DNA of 64,000 nucleotides from Psammoneis japonica (taxonomy: Eukaryota), in contig QPGO01000003.1 in the NCBI GenBank assembly GCA_008632985.1, positions 1-64,000 on the forward strand, in the 5' to 3' direction. The notes under the pieces were generated by a model. That model saw only the letters and a list, made by a program, of their open reading frames with translations. It had not been told where the DNA came from and made no database searches. Each line of letters starts with the position of its first letter. Position 1 is the first letter of the stretch. The position numbers were made by a program, and so were the translations under genes. This document shows, piece by piece, positions 50,731-62,800 of the stretch.

Positions 50731-53700
50731 TGCCATCTTGCCACAGCTTTGAAAAGCAGGGTTTGGATGAAATCTGATGAGAGCAGTGCATCATGATTTT
50801 TGAGAACCCAGGAATTGAGCCATTTGGATGAGCAGATTCTGATGAAAATGTGACATTCAAAATGATGGTGGACAGCACAGGACACACAAGCACTGTGGCC
50901 AGCCAACCAAAGCTTCAGTGTGTGCCTCAGGACACTTTGCTTGTCACCTCTTGCTTTTTGCCTTGCACATTTGAGAACCAAGAATCAAGCCCCAAACCTC
51001 GTCATTCTTTTTTTCAGCAAAGAAGCACTCATCTGTGCCACCACTGGCGAGCTTCATTTTTGCAACAAGAAGCTGTGCACACAACAAAATGTGATCTCAT
51101 CTTGTGACAACCAAAAGATGGTGGCAGATTGGGCCTGTGCTTTTCATTCACACATTTCTCATTTTGCAAATCATGATGGCTGGTGGGGAATCCATGGAGA
51201 GGGGGGACATGTGCGCGCTCCTTTCAGGGCAAGTCTCTTGCACTTCACACACTTGTTTGCAAGCTGTGGGTTTGCAGCACCAAAGCTGGTTCAATGGCAA
51301 ACACAACTGCTTTGCTGCTGCAACAAGAAACAGGTGTGTTTGCTGCTTTGCAGCTGACAAACTGTGCTTTGCAAAAATGGCTTGTGTTGGAAAAACCTTT
51401 GCAAAAAACCGCAAACCAAAACACGGTTGTGCAGCAAAATCCAGAGTCCACTGAGGAACACTCAAGGTTGTTGTCACAGATTCGACACCTCTCCAAGTTC
51501 ACAATGTGGTATGAAGTGCATTGCAAAGTCCATGGCAAAATCACACTGACGCACAAACAGTCCAAAGACAAACTGACACGCGAGTGAGCATCGTCATTGT
51601 TGGCGACCTCACTGCGACACACTTGCTCTCTTTTCTCTCTCTGACAAAAGAGTCCGCTCTCTCAACATGTCTCGTTCCAACCAAAGATGATGATGCTTCC
51701 ACTCAAACAACTGAGAAGCAAAGGCAGGCACCTTTTTTGACATGTAGCTGCCTGCCGAATCCCATGAACTGTCTGGCATCCTGCTGGGCATGATGCGCGC
51801 AGTGCGCGGTGACATGAGCGATTTTTCGCGCGCGCCGCAAACACAACAGACATACACAACATGATGATTTTTTTCAGAGCGACAATGATGGCTTGCGTCG
51901 CTTATTGCACCGTCGCCTTTGATTCTTTATAGTACAAGGTAACACACTCATAAGATTATATCTCTATTCGTTCATATGATGCATATGCGTTAGCTCTGTC
52001 TCGATAATTACCGTGAGACTTACAGAGACTGTTTCAATGCCGTGACGCGCTGTTGTTGCTGTTTTGATTTTTTGTTTTTACATGTGCTCCCGTCGATCCT
52101 CTCATAGTTTCTATTTGTCGCAATGTTGCATCATTGTTTCATAGGCGGCATGGAACAATGTCCATGTAAGCACCATTTCGGTTTTTCCCTTGTTGTTCTC
52201 GAGGTTGGCGTTGCGCAATGTAAAAGCCATCATGGACAACCACCTTATGTTTCACAGGCACTGAAATACGATAGAGCCCTTGTTGTCGTTCAGGACACGC
52301 ATGTACATGTTTGACAATCGGAGTCAAGATACTCAGAGTCTCAATTAAGCAAATCACTCTTGTCGTGGCTTGCGTTGTCGTCATTTGTAAAGACAGTACG
52401 TACGATCCTTTTCGCAGTCGCTGCGTCACCAAAGGGCGGGCATTGACGACTCGCAGACGGCTGCGGGATGTACACGGAAAGAATTGCAACATGTGTAAGG
52501 TGGCATAGTGCTGGGAAGGTACATTATTGTTTCCGCCGTTTTGTGGGCCTTGTATTGCTTATCCATATTCTTTTGCTCATTCGGGATGGATACCGTCTCC
52601 GTTTGGTTATATGTTATCAAACTCGATGGTAAAGGAGAAACAGTAGTTGTCCTACATTGGGCCCGGTATCTTCGCAGGGCGGACGTTGCCAGCAGAATGA
52701 GGTATTCAACATTTTCTCTGAGCGTATGATTATTTTGTGGTGGGACTATTACGACTGTTGGTTTCTGGGAAAGAAATGAAGTGTAGGATTGTTCAATGCT
52801 GCCGATACTACTGTACCTACGACGACGTGGACGAGTATATCAACCAAGAGAGAGAGTTAGTGGTTGATTGTTGGTGGCTCGCCATGTCCCTTTTTCATGC
52901 CCTATGGTGACATTATGGCTTGGGAACGAATATACGTACTCAACCAATGTCTGGGCGAGAAAAAGTAGAAAGAAGAAGGAAGGAAACTCGCCCGACTGTC
53001 GGTTTCGCTGGTCTTTCGAGAGGTTTTGTTGAAGGAGAAGAGTGTACGATTACAGATACGGTATGCAAAGGTTCTCGCTACATGAATATGCATACGCTAA
53101 CAAGAATGCTTCAATGTGGAATAATACCGGTGTATTATATATTGATCCGTCTTATGTAAGTACTCGTGGACGACCTGTGTATTGCAGGAACCTCACTATA
53201 GTAGTTGTACACTCACAAATGTTTCTCCATTGAATGGCAATAAGGATACTGCAGTCGCATCGGCTATTACGGGTTTCGTCCACAAGCCCTACAATATCGC
53301 AAGAGTGTGCAATTGCGTTACCCTATCTCGGATTTACGGCCAAAGACTTGCTGCGAAGAATACGCCCCCTCTTGCCCATACTCGCGAGAATGACACTTGC
53401 GCAAAAGCAATAAGCCGTGGTGGTACTTGATGGGTATGCTCGTAAACTATGCAGGTTTCGATGCCGGCATGGCATGTGATCATGAGGAGGTCTGGATAAT
53501 TCGCCAATGTCGATTATCAACCAAAGTGTCGATTGCTCCTTGCGACTGTTGCAAAGGTGATATCATTTTGTGAATGCCCCGTACGCTACGACATCCGTCG
53601 TACGTCAATAATGTGGGGCATCTTCCGTATGTAGCTTGGCAGCCTGCATCTGCAACTAGATATGTTGGGTTTCAACAATTGTACAAGGAGGATTCAATTG

Positions 53701-53777
53701 AATGTAATGCCTTTCTAGTTGTTATTCCTTTATGAAAAATAGACAAATCATTTACATGCATTATACTACGAAACTGT

Positions 53778-55538
53778 TCACACCGCAAACACTTCCTGCG
53801 ATCGTGCCCCTCGCTTCCGACTCCACTTAAAACCGATGCTGTTGAGTTTTTCCATGCGATCATTTTTCAACTTGCCTTTTGCTTGCAGGTGGCGTTGGTC
53901 CACCACCCACTGTCCAAGCTGGGGATATTTCTTGTAACCTCGCGGAACATTGCAGTTGCCGTGTTCATTTTTGTACTTGATCAATTCATCAAATCTTTGA
54001 TCCCATCGTCCAGCATGAGGCGTGCTCCAAACAAATCCAATTCCGTCCAGTCGTTCCTTGCGGGGGAGTGACAACTCGTCTTTTGCGTGCAGCTTTCGTT
54101 GTTTGTCCACCCAATATCCAAGCTGGGGATTTTTCTTGTAACGATGCGGAACCTTGCAGTCACCATGTTCATTTTTGTACTCGATCAATTCATCAAATCT
54201 TTGTTCCCATCCAGCATCTTGCGGGTTCCAATCAAATTCAATTCCGTCAAGCAGTTCTTTGCGGCAGTCTGGCAACTCGTCTTTTGCTTGCAGCGAGCGT
54301 TGTTTGTTCACCCACCGTCCAAGCTGGGGATTTTTCTCGTAACGTTGCGGAACGTTGCAGTTGCCCTGTTCATTTTTGAACTCGATCAATTCATCAAATC
54401 TTTGTTCCCATCCAGCATCTTGCGGGTTCCAAACAAATCCAATTTCGTCAAGTCGTTCCTTGCGGGAGGTTGACAACTCGTCTTTTGCTTGCAGCGAGCG
54501 TTGTTTGATCACCCACTTTCCAAGCGGGGGATTTTTCTTGTAACGTATTGGGACGTTGCAGTTGCCATTTTCATTTTTGTACTCGATCAATTCATCAAAT
54601 CTTTGATCCCATGCGGTGCGTTTTGTGCTCCAAACAAATCCAATTTCGTCAAGTCGTTCCTTGCGGGAGGTTGACAACTCGTCTTTTGCTTGCAGCGTGC
54701 GTTGTGTGTTCACCCACTTTCCAAGCGGGGGATTTTTCTTGTAACGTATTGGGACGTTGCAGTTGCCATTTTCATTTTTGTACTCGATCAATTCATCAAA
54801 TCTTTGATCCCATGCGGTGCGTTTTGTGCTCCAAACAAATCCAATTTCGTCAAGCAGTTTTTTGCGGCAGTCTGGCAACTCGTCTTTTGCTTGCAGCTTG
54901 CGTTGTGCGTGCACCCACTTTCCAAGCTGGGGATTTTCCTTGTAACCTCGTGGAACATTACAGTCACCGTGAGTTTCCCGATACGACACCAGCTCCAGAT
55001 ACTTTGTGTTCCATGTTTCTTCTCGCGGCTTCCAAACAAAGCCAATGCTGTTGAGCTTCTCCATTCTGGTTGGAGAAAGTTTTTTTTGCTTCTTGAACCA
55101 TCGCTGATTTTTGACCCAATTGGCAAGCTGTTTCTTTAGCTTGTATGGAGGTGAAATGATTTCGTTGGAGTCACGGTACTTGCTTTTATGAGGAAAAAGG
55201 CAATGATTGTGTCGAGCCTTGAACAGCTTCAATGCCGCAAAATTGGCATCCCACTCCTCGTCACCTACACCTTTGTTGTCGCCTCTGGCAACCGCAGCCT
55301 CAAATCCCAACCCCAGAGCGGGACGAGGCGCTGGAGGAGGCATGTCCTCACCATCCTCGTCGACAAAGACGTCTTCGTAAAAACCTTCTTCATCTTCCTT
55401 GGTCCAATCGCTTTCAGGAGCGAAGTCGCTGTTAGCGGTAACATCAGACTCCTCCTGGGCTGCTTCTACACGGCTAAAGAGGGGTTTTAGTGGATCACGT
55501 CGAGCGTTGCGTCCAGGGTTGCGTCGGTGGCGCGGCAT
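53778..55538 (-). CDS. Helicase-associated (HA) domain repeat protein, about 6-7 repeats
   Basis: Repeated WDQRFDELIEYKNEHGNCNVP...LGKWVxxQR...RKERLDEIGFVW, in near-identical units of about 201 bp. Confidence 0.95.
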   Translation of the reverse strand: MPRHRRNPGRNARRDPLKPLFSRVEAAQEESDVTANSDFAPESDWTKEDEEGFYEDVFVDEDGEDMPPPAPRPALGLGFEAAVARGDNKGVGDEEWDANFAALKLFKARHNHCLFPHKSKYRDSNEIISPPYKLKKQLANWVKNQRWFKKQKKLSPTRMEKLNSIGFVWKPREETWNTKYLELVSYRETHGDCNVPRGYKENPQLGKWVHAQRKLQAKDELPDCRKKLLDEIGFVWSTKRTAWDQRFDELIEYKNENGNCNVPIRYKKNPPLGKWVNTQRTLQAKDELSTSRKERLDEIGFVWSTKRTAWDQRFDELIEYKNENGNCNVPIRYKKNPPLGKWVIKQRSLQAKDELSTSRKERLDEIGFVWNPQDAGWEQRFDELIEFKNEQGNCNVPQRYEKNPQLGRWVNKQRSLQAKDELPDCRKELLDGIEFDWNPQDAGWEQRFDELIEYKNEHGDCKVPHRYKKNPQLGYWVDKQRKLHAKDELSLPRKERLDGIGFVWSTPHAGRWDQRFDELIKYKNEHGNCNVPRGYKKYPQLGQWVVDQRHLQAKGKLKNDRMEKLNSIGFKWSRKRGARSQEVFAV

Positions 55539-55844
55539 GGTGAATTGTAATAACGCAATCGAGTTGACAGCGAAACGGGATTAATGAACGCATCAACAAA
55601 CAACGAACGATAGAGTGTGAGGAGCAGCTGCTGTACAAGACTCATCTGCGTGCGTTTGATCGACAATCGCTCAAAAATTTCGTTGATTGCCGGCGATACT
55701 TCACTCGAGCAAGCCGCTACAACGGGCAAGCGAAACGCTCCACTTGCACTTCTGTAGTCATACACCGGTACAGTATGGCTATCTCGCACCACACAACGTC
55801 AACCGTTACAAATCTATCCGCGGTATTCAAGGTGACTTGACAAG

Positions 55845-56016
55845 TAGGGCTACTACTTCTCTCTAGTAGAGAGTAGTAGCTAGCTAGCTACTCTACTCTA
55901 GCTAGCTACTCTACTCTAGCTAGCTACTCTAGAGTAGAGAGCTAGCTACCGGTAGTAGTAGTCTACAGTAAGAGTTGAGACGACTGCAAGTTCTAGCCAG
56001 AGTAGCTAGAGTCTAG
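55845..56016. repeat. TAG/CTAG-rich low-complexity tract
   Basis: agtagtagctagctagctactctactctagctagctactctactctagctagctactctagagtagag... Confidence 0.9.
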
Positions 56017-56804
56017 TTTTTACATAAGCAGTGACGCGGGAAATAGGGTAAGCGCAGTGCTAGAGTAGAGTTCCGAACTGTTCGCCGTTCCTTTCTCTTT
56101 TTCTTCCTTCGTTTCTTCTCCGAGCAATCTGGGCTCTCGGGCGGGTACATAGGCCCTAGCGTCCCCACTGTCGGGCGGAGGACTCTCGAGATCGGATACA
56201 CTCCTGGAGCTATTTCGCTCTTCATCATGCGCCACGAAACCCTGTCCCTCCCAATGCCCCGGAACGTGCGTCGAACAAATTTCTTGACTTTTCGTTTATT
56301 CCCCACATAGTACGCCAGTTCCAAGAAAAAGTCCCATCAAGAGTGCCACTAACGAAATAATTCGCAACGGTACAATCTTGTACCGTAAAGACATTCTCCG
56401 TGATGGCATTGAGATAGGCTCGTTTGATACCGTGGCGGTCAGGACACTGCTCTCCGTAAATATCCAAATCGCAAGCGGTACTTGTTTGAAGCAATGTTTC
56501 TGCAAACGAGTCATATGTCGTGGAGGAAGAGTAGTCACCATTTTCGTCTTCTAGTCGTCGTCCTTCTTTCACGTTGCAGTAGCAATGTGCTTACAGTAAC
56601 CATTCCCTTAATGCTTGGTTCCAAGACAAGCTTGGGTTTCCTCACTTCTAACCTTGTGTTACTTTCTTCTCCCTCAGAATATTTGCACCCTACCGTAAAT
56701 CCATTCACACTCATGCTTGAATGTCCAAGTTTCATTGAGAAACGTCTTGTCTCCTGTTGATCTGTCTCTATGTTGTCAAGTCGCAGCCTCTGATGAATAC
56801 GCAA
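56013..56804 (-). CDS. Hypothetical protein (frameshifted)
   Basis: Chain of overlapping minus-strand ORFs with protein-like composition. Confidence 0.35.
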
Positions 56805-57154
56805 GCTCCCATTGATCTCATGCCGTGATAAACATGGAATTCTTCATTTTACCAATTCTCAAATGTTTTGTTTGCTTTGTGAACGTATAGGGCCCTAGTA
56901 TGATTTGAGATGGACAAGAACCTTGCTTTTGAACCCAAGGATGTTTAGCACCATCCTTGCTGACAGGCGGATACTACCGAATGGAAAGTGAGGTAGACTG
57001 GTGGAAGACTCCACCTTAAGACGCCGAGATAACGAGCGCTTGCACGAGAGAGCACGTCGACGTCCTTCTTCGATAGCTTCAAGTTTTCGCATGAAACATA
57101 ATGAGGAAGTGCACGTCTTAACTTGGCACAACGTTCAATTGTTCATTGCATAAT

Positions 57155-58243
57155 CTATGCCACTGCAGGATGCTTGCATATAGGGCAGACCGCCTTTTCT
57201 GCCAGCCACGGATCAACACATGCGCTATGAAAAGAGTGAAAACACGGGATTGTGCGTACTCTATCCCCAAGTTGATAGGGTTCAAGACACACTGCACACG
57301 AAGGCATGGTGCGCTCAGTGGGGCTCGGTCGGAGCAAATCATCTTGTCCTGATAAAACTCGCTGTGGACAACGATTGATTTCTTCCGCAGTTGCGCCCAT
57401 GGTACTGGTCAATGCTTGGATTGCATCGCCGGCTTCATTGCTAAAATTCAAAAGATCATCATAATCATTCCCGTCATTTCTTCCCTCCCTAAGAACAAGA
57501 CGCAGGGATTGAATAGACAGGGGACGTTCTCCTTGTTGTATTCGCTGTCGATTTAATTGTTCCACCCAGTTACGGAATCGACGTTGCCGCTGCAATAAAT
57601 CGCGATGATGACTCCCACTCTGTCGTCTACGTAAAATGATTCGACCACTCCTAGTTCTCGATATTTCCGATTGACTCACCGCACGGCGAACAATCATCAT
57701 GAAAACCATAAATCCTCCGAGACTCATCATGTAACTTATAAACTGTGAAAGAAGATCATCGTCGTCTTTTCTGTGACTGTCGGTTCTATTTTCGTCCTGC
57801 GTTGTTGTGTTTTGGGCGTCTGCTGCAGTCGAGTTTGCCATTTCGTGGTCATAATCAAGTTGATTCTTGTTGTTTCGAAGCGTTCGTTCTTTTCTTCGTT
57901 CTTCCAATTCGGCTTGACGGTGTTTATTCCGACGTTCTTCTGCCTTTGCTTTTCGTTCGAGTTGCTGTTCTCTAAAGATTTTCTCATGCTTGGCATTGTA
58001 CTGCACCACCTGCTCGGCATTATAAGCGGGCCATGTACTTGATAATAACGTGTGTCCATAAAAGAGTACACAGAGACATGTCGCTAGTACAACACCGGCT
58101 TGTTTGTAGGGGCGATTTCGGTTGAGACGATGAAACGATTGAATTCGTGTCGTCGTCGTCTCGGAGGAATCATCAGTTGCATCTCGATCAGAGAAAAAGG
58201 GATTTGTCGAGGGTGGTGAAGCAGCGCTGCTGGTACGACGCAT
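57155..58243 (-). CDS. Membrane-anchored RING-H2 E3 ubiquitin ligase
   Basis: Two TM helices and a C-terminal CAVCLEPY...RTIPCFHSFHSACVDPWL...CPIC. Confidence 0.92.
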   Translation of the reverse strand: MRRTSSAASPPSTNPFFSDRDATDDSSETTTTRIQSFHRLNRNRPYKQAGVVLATCLCVLFYGHTLLSSTWPAYNAEQVVQYNAKHEKIFREQQLERKAKAEERRNKHRQAELEERRKERTLRNNKNQLDYDHEMANSTAADAQNTTTQDENRTDSHRKDDDDLLSQFISYMMSLGGFMVFMMIVRRAVSQSEISRTRSGRIILRRRQSGSHHRDLLQRQRRFRNWVEQLNRQRIQQGERPLSIQSLRLVLREGRNDGNDYDDLLNFSNEAGDAIQALTSTMGATAEEINRCPQRVLSGQDDLLRPSPTERTMPSCAVCLEPYQLGDRVRTIPCFHSFHSACVDPWLAEKAVCPICKHPAVA

Positions 58244-58728
58244 AAGCTCTCACACAAAACAATAAAACAAACGCAAGAAAAAACAGTGGAGATTTCAGTG
58301 TTGTGATGAGGCTCGCGGTTTTGATTGAGTTTTCCAACGCAACGCGGCGTTTGGTGTTTTTGATTGCAGTACTTGTAACCCTGACCAGGCATTTACGTCA
58401 CATCCAAGTTCAAAGCTTACCGGATCAGGGGTAGTTGCCTTCCTCTGCATGGAGATCGAGCGGGGACCAATTGAAATGATAGTTACTCCCACCTCTACTC
58501 TAGCAGTGGTAGATTTGCTAGCATGAGATATGGTATAGGGTAAGGAATCACGTTCTAGAGCCACGATGAGGACTGTTGAAGTCCAATGTAATGTGCATTC
58601 GTTATATTATTGTGCATGATGCCAGACGTTTCTCTCTAGTGCTTGACTACGCAGGTGTCACTACCGGTATATAGATAGCCACGTTGGCTACTGCGTTTCC
58701 CATCTTGTCCCTTTCTACCAGCCCATTG

Positions 58729-59463
58729 CTATGGCTTTGGTTTTGCCTTGGCCTTAGCTTCTGCCTTCTCCTTGGCTTCTTTCATCTCCTTTTCCTTTAA
58801 CTTAGCGCGATGCTTTCTCCGATATGCCGCGCCGTCGTTCTTCTGGTACCACCTTTTGCAGTAAAGGCGGTTCTTAATTTTCTTTTTTATCTCCCCCGGA
58901 GTCAGCTCTTTTTCATTGGGAAGCTTCAATGGCTTCTGGACTGTTTCTACAGGTGCTTTTGGAAAGGGTAATGCAGCCGCGTTTGTTGGTGTATTTTCAA
59001 AATGCTTTCCACGCAGGGCGAGAAAATCATGGGGACTCGTATTTGATTGGTGTAACCGTCGAAGAAACGCATTTTCGGCCAAGATTGCTCTTATCGTAGA
59101 TTCATCATATATATTTCTTTGTGGAAGAAGTGCTGGGGGTCCCATGTAAAGTGTAGGCCTGCCACTGATTCCACTGTTCATTAGTGGAGGCGCGGCTCGG
59201 GCTGCTGATGCTGAGAGCGACGACATGCCAATCATCGGTAAAGGTACCCCCATTGGCGACATTGTGGGATACGTTGATGGTCCCATGACAACCCCAGATG
59301 CCCCAGGCGAGTGTCTTAGATATGAAGGACTTCTTGGCAGCCCATTTGGGTTTCTTCGCATTGATGTATCCGCCTGTCTCAGCAACGGGTTCGACGAGCC
59401 TGGCAAAGGCGTTTTCGGCTGTGTTCTCTGTTTAAAGGGCGCCATTGAATCGAAGCTCTTCAC
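58729..59463 (-). CDS. Hypothetical Pro-rich protein with basic C-terminus
   Basis: 244-aa ORF with a Lys/Arg-rich tail. Confidence 0.5.
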   Translation of the reverse strand: MKSFDSMAPFKQRTQPKTPLPGSSNPLLRQADTSMRRNPNGLPRSPSYLRHSPGASGVVMGPSTYPTMSPMGVPLPMIGMSSLSASAARAAPPLMNSGISGRPTLYMGPPALLPQRNIYDESTIRAILAENAFLRRLHQSNTSPHDFLALRGKHFENTPTNAAALPFPKAPVETVQKPLKLPNEKELTPGEIKKKIKNRLYCKRWYQKNDGAAYRRKHRAKLKEKEMKEAKEKAEAKAKAKPKP

Positions 59464-59858
59464 TCTAGCAGCTCGGTGACAAGCTCTCGTCTAGGAGAAT
59501 CTGGGGAAGGTCGAGGAGGTTGTTGCAACTCTACCGTTCATGGAAAAGTGATGGAGAACGCATGATGTGAATTTTTGTTCCTTGCACCAAGGCAACCAAC
59601 ATTGTGGCGACATTTTGCTCAGTACCAATGTCTGGACAGAAAGTGAGGCAATATAGTAACAACTGGTATATGAATATGTAGTTTGGACTTTATTCAATTT
59701 AATAATATATTAACGCGTGAATATAACAATGCGTAGCACCAAGACATGAATGAACCGCAGGCGATAATCGGCATCCGGCAAAAGCGCAAATCGATCAAAC
59801 CGCCCTCAACCAGGAGTGCACACCCTTCATTAACAGACCACAAGCCTTGCGTGAGGTC

Positions 59859-62800
59859 TCATGGGTGAATTGTGCTATATTTGGCAATGTTGGATGGTGT
59901 CATGTTGCGCCGCCTGTAGAACAATACATATGCCATTTCAGAAACAACGTTCCTCGGTGGAATTGGTTCTACCAACTCGTCATCAAATTGCAACCACAAG
60001 GGCTCCGCCGATTCTGACGCCGCCCTAGAAGCTGCGGCAGCGGCTATTTTGCTCTGATTCGTAGCGCTCTCCTTATCCTTGCTACGACCAAGCCTCCAGC
60101 CTGTTTGCACGCCTGGCTCCTCGCCCAAATCCTGCAGATGCGGGAAAAGAACAACGAAAAATGTGAACAAACGATGAAACAATAGTAGCATTAGGAGAGT
60201 GTGATGGAAGGCACAAATACGCACCAAGAAGTTGGTTCCGACACCGTTAAAGTCGTGCGTCACCTCTTCCGCTCCGTCAGGACCGCAAGCCGTCGCCTTA
60301 CAAGCCGCAACGTAATGGCCACCCGTCATCCCTCCGTAGTGATTGACAACTCCAATTAAATCGTAAATGTGATCGTCCTCCGTCCCAGCATACATGGCGG
60401 GGGATTCCTTATGATACCATTTGCTCATATCCAGTCCTGTCAAAGGAAAGTTGATCTTGGTCGATATCTTTTCCCTCCATCTGGCAGAGCAATTGAAACG
60501 CTTGATGTGAAACGTCAAGACGTCAGGAAGCTTCCAAAGACTCATGTTCTGTGTCCCTTCACGGAATTCCTTGCAGTGTGGGCATCTCCAATTATCGTTC
60601 AAATGCAGTTGCTGGGCTTTGCAGAATTCTGTCAAACACACTCCCAGGCGGAGACCGGCGCTTCCAGTGCTGTTCTTTGTTTTTCTCGCCTCGTGATCAT
60701 TTAGAAGGGCCATACCTGCTTTGTGCATGACGATTTCCGGCTTTACGTACATGACAGGGGATTTCAGATAACCAACAAGGCTGGCTTTGCTTTCTTCTCT
60801 AATTGAGGATCCCGCCAATGGAGAACAACCGCATGTCGAGCATTCATGAAGTTTCCAATTGTCCGCATCAGAGAAAACGGAAATGGAACCTCGTCATGTC
60901 CAGCTTTCGTCCCTACAGGGGAATCTGCTGTACATACTCGCACTTCAAATGGCAGCTTGTGCAGCAGACTGCGGACTTTTTCGATCAAAGAAGTAGAGAG
61001 CGCAGACGCATCAAACGATGAGTTGTGAAAGGGTTCGTTGCCTTTTCCTCGCGGTAGGTTCAAGCCATCCCCTTTGATTCCTAGCGCAGCCTTCACATAG
61101 CGACGGTCGTAGTCGATGAGAGTGTCAATCAAGTCTGAGATACCGCCGAATGACCTGTCGTATAAACGACGGACTTTACTGCTGGATTCGACATCGTCGG
61201 CATCCACGCCTGCGCCACCGGCATCCGACGGCCTCGAGAGGAAGCGTGCGGCTTGAGATAGAATGTGCGCACCAGCTCGAGCCGTACTCCACTCGTTCTG
61301 ACACTGCAGGTAGAAACCTCGGCCGAAAACGACGTTAGCTTTCTTTGATCGATCGTGGTATCTATGGTAGACTACAAATTCCGTTGGCTTCACTCTTGGG
61401 GTAGCATGGGAATACAGCGGGCGGACTTGGCCTTTCTGGAACTTATCGATCGTGTACGTCTCATCCCATTTAGACGAGAAATTATCAAAGTGAATGCGCA
61501 CCTTCGTTCTTGTTGCGTTGTCCTTTTCTTCGGAACTATCAGCGTCATCGTTTGCAACGCCTTCAACAATCTCAACTACGCTGCCCGGAAACCAGTGGTT
61601 TCGATGATCTATGGCATCTACTCGCAAGCCCAAGGTGAAATCATGTTCCATTCTTGGCCACAAGCAACGTGACATGGCCTTGGAGATTGGGAGAGGATCC
61701 GAATCATATACGCGGCATTCAGTGGCATCACCGTAAGTCTCCAATACGTGGCGGAGGGAACGCTGCTCCCTAATCGACGGGGCACTTGATACGCTTTCAG
61801 GCTCGTCATCTTCATCTTCATCAGTAGTAGAGGACAATTCCTCGTCAACACTATCGGCTTTAGAAGCAACTCCCTTGTGTCCATTCTGCTGAGGTTTCGG
61901 TCTAGGAAAAAGGGTCGACTCAAAAGCAATAATTTGCGTCGGCGCATCCTTCTCGCCTTTCTCGTCGTCCGGAGCTACTTTCTGAGCGACCTGCACACAA
62001 GGGCCTTCCTTGTTCGGGAGCGCAGTGGATTTCAGATAGGTTTTGAGGGGACTGGAGTCGTCCGCATCATCGTCAATAACAACCTCTTCCATGCGGCAAA
62101 GCTTAAAACGGTTTGCAGCAATTCCACTTGCATTCTGTAGCTGTAGTCTCAAATCACCAATGTCGGCTAGTCTAGACATGGCAATTACATACTGCTCGTA
62201 CACGAGTTGCTCCGATGGCGGTTTCACCGAGCGTGACTTCGGACTGTCAAAACGGTATTTCCCTGACTCTCCTTTTCTTGGTCTATTTAGAATGCGTGGG
62301 CAGTTGTAAGCTGATGCTCTTCGTATTACGGTGCATTGAAACACAACTTCGGCAACAGTTGGAAACGGAAGCGATAATAGATTGAAAGGATCGAAGTTCC
62401 TGCTGGAGAAGTGACAAGTGGGGCAAGTCACTGTATTTAGAACCTGTCCCATGGTGACATCCGCCATAATTGATCGATTGCGGCGAAGAAACCTATGCGG
62501 AAGAAGAAAAAAAGCGTTAGACGCCCGCGCATTCTCCTAGTGTAGATTCATCGCAGAATCTTTGCTTACCGTCTCCAGGCTTCCTGTCCTACCCGCGCAA
62601 GTCGGTTCTTAGCCACCCATTCATCTTCGAGAGCTTCGACATACGGTTTCTCCTTCACCTTATTGCTGTCTTCGTGCAGAACGTCAAGTAGGTAGCTTAG
62701 AAGTTCCTAGGATTTCCGCCAACAAGAGTCACAGAGAATTTGTCAGTAACGACCTACATCAGCAAACGAGGTGCAAACGTGGCATCATGCCGTGAAATAC

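Larger units (their letters stand above)
45360..51850. other. TpA- and CpG-depleted domain E (nest of decayed TEs), interrupted by an intact MITE
   Basis: About 10 TA in about 6 kb outside 46752-47145, with CG scarce. Confidence 0.95.

Noticed and set aside
45400..51860. Dense overlapping Cys/His/Gln-rich ORFs in all six frames (also at 1-3500 and 35320-36860)
   Set aside because: Loss of TA removes TAA/TAG stops and Tyr codons, so long spurious ORFs are expected. They are not evidence of genes or of an alternative genetic code.
52139..53520. Short ORFs between domain E and the HA gene
   Set aside because: No recognisable motifs or coherent gene model.
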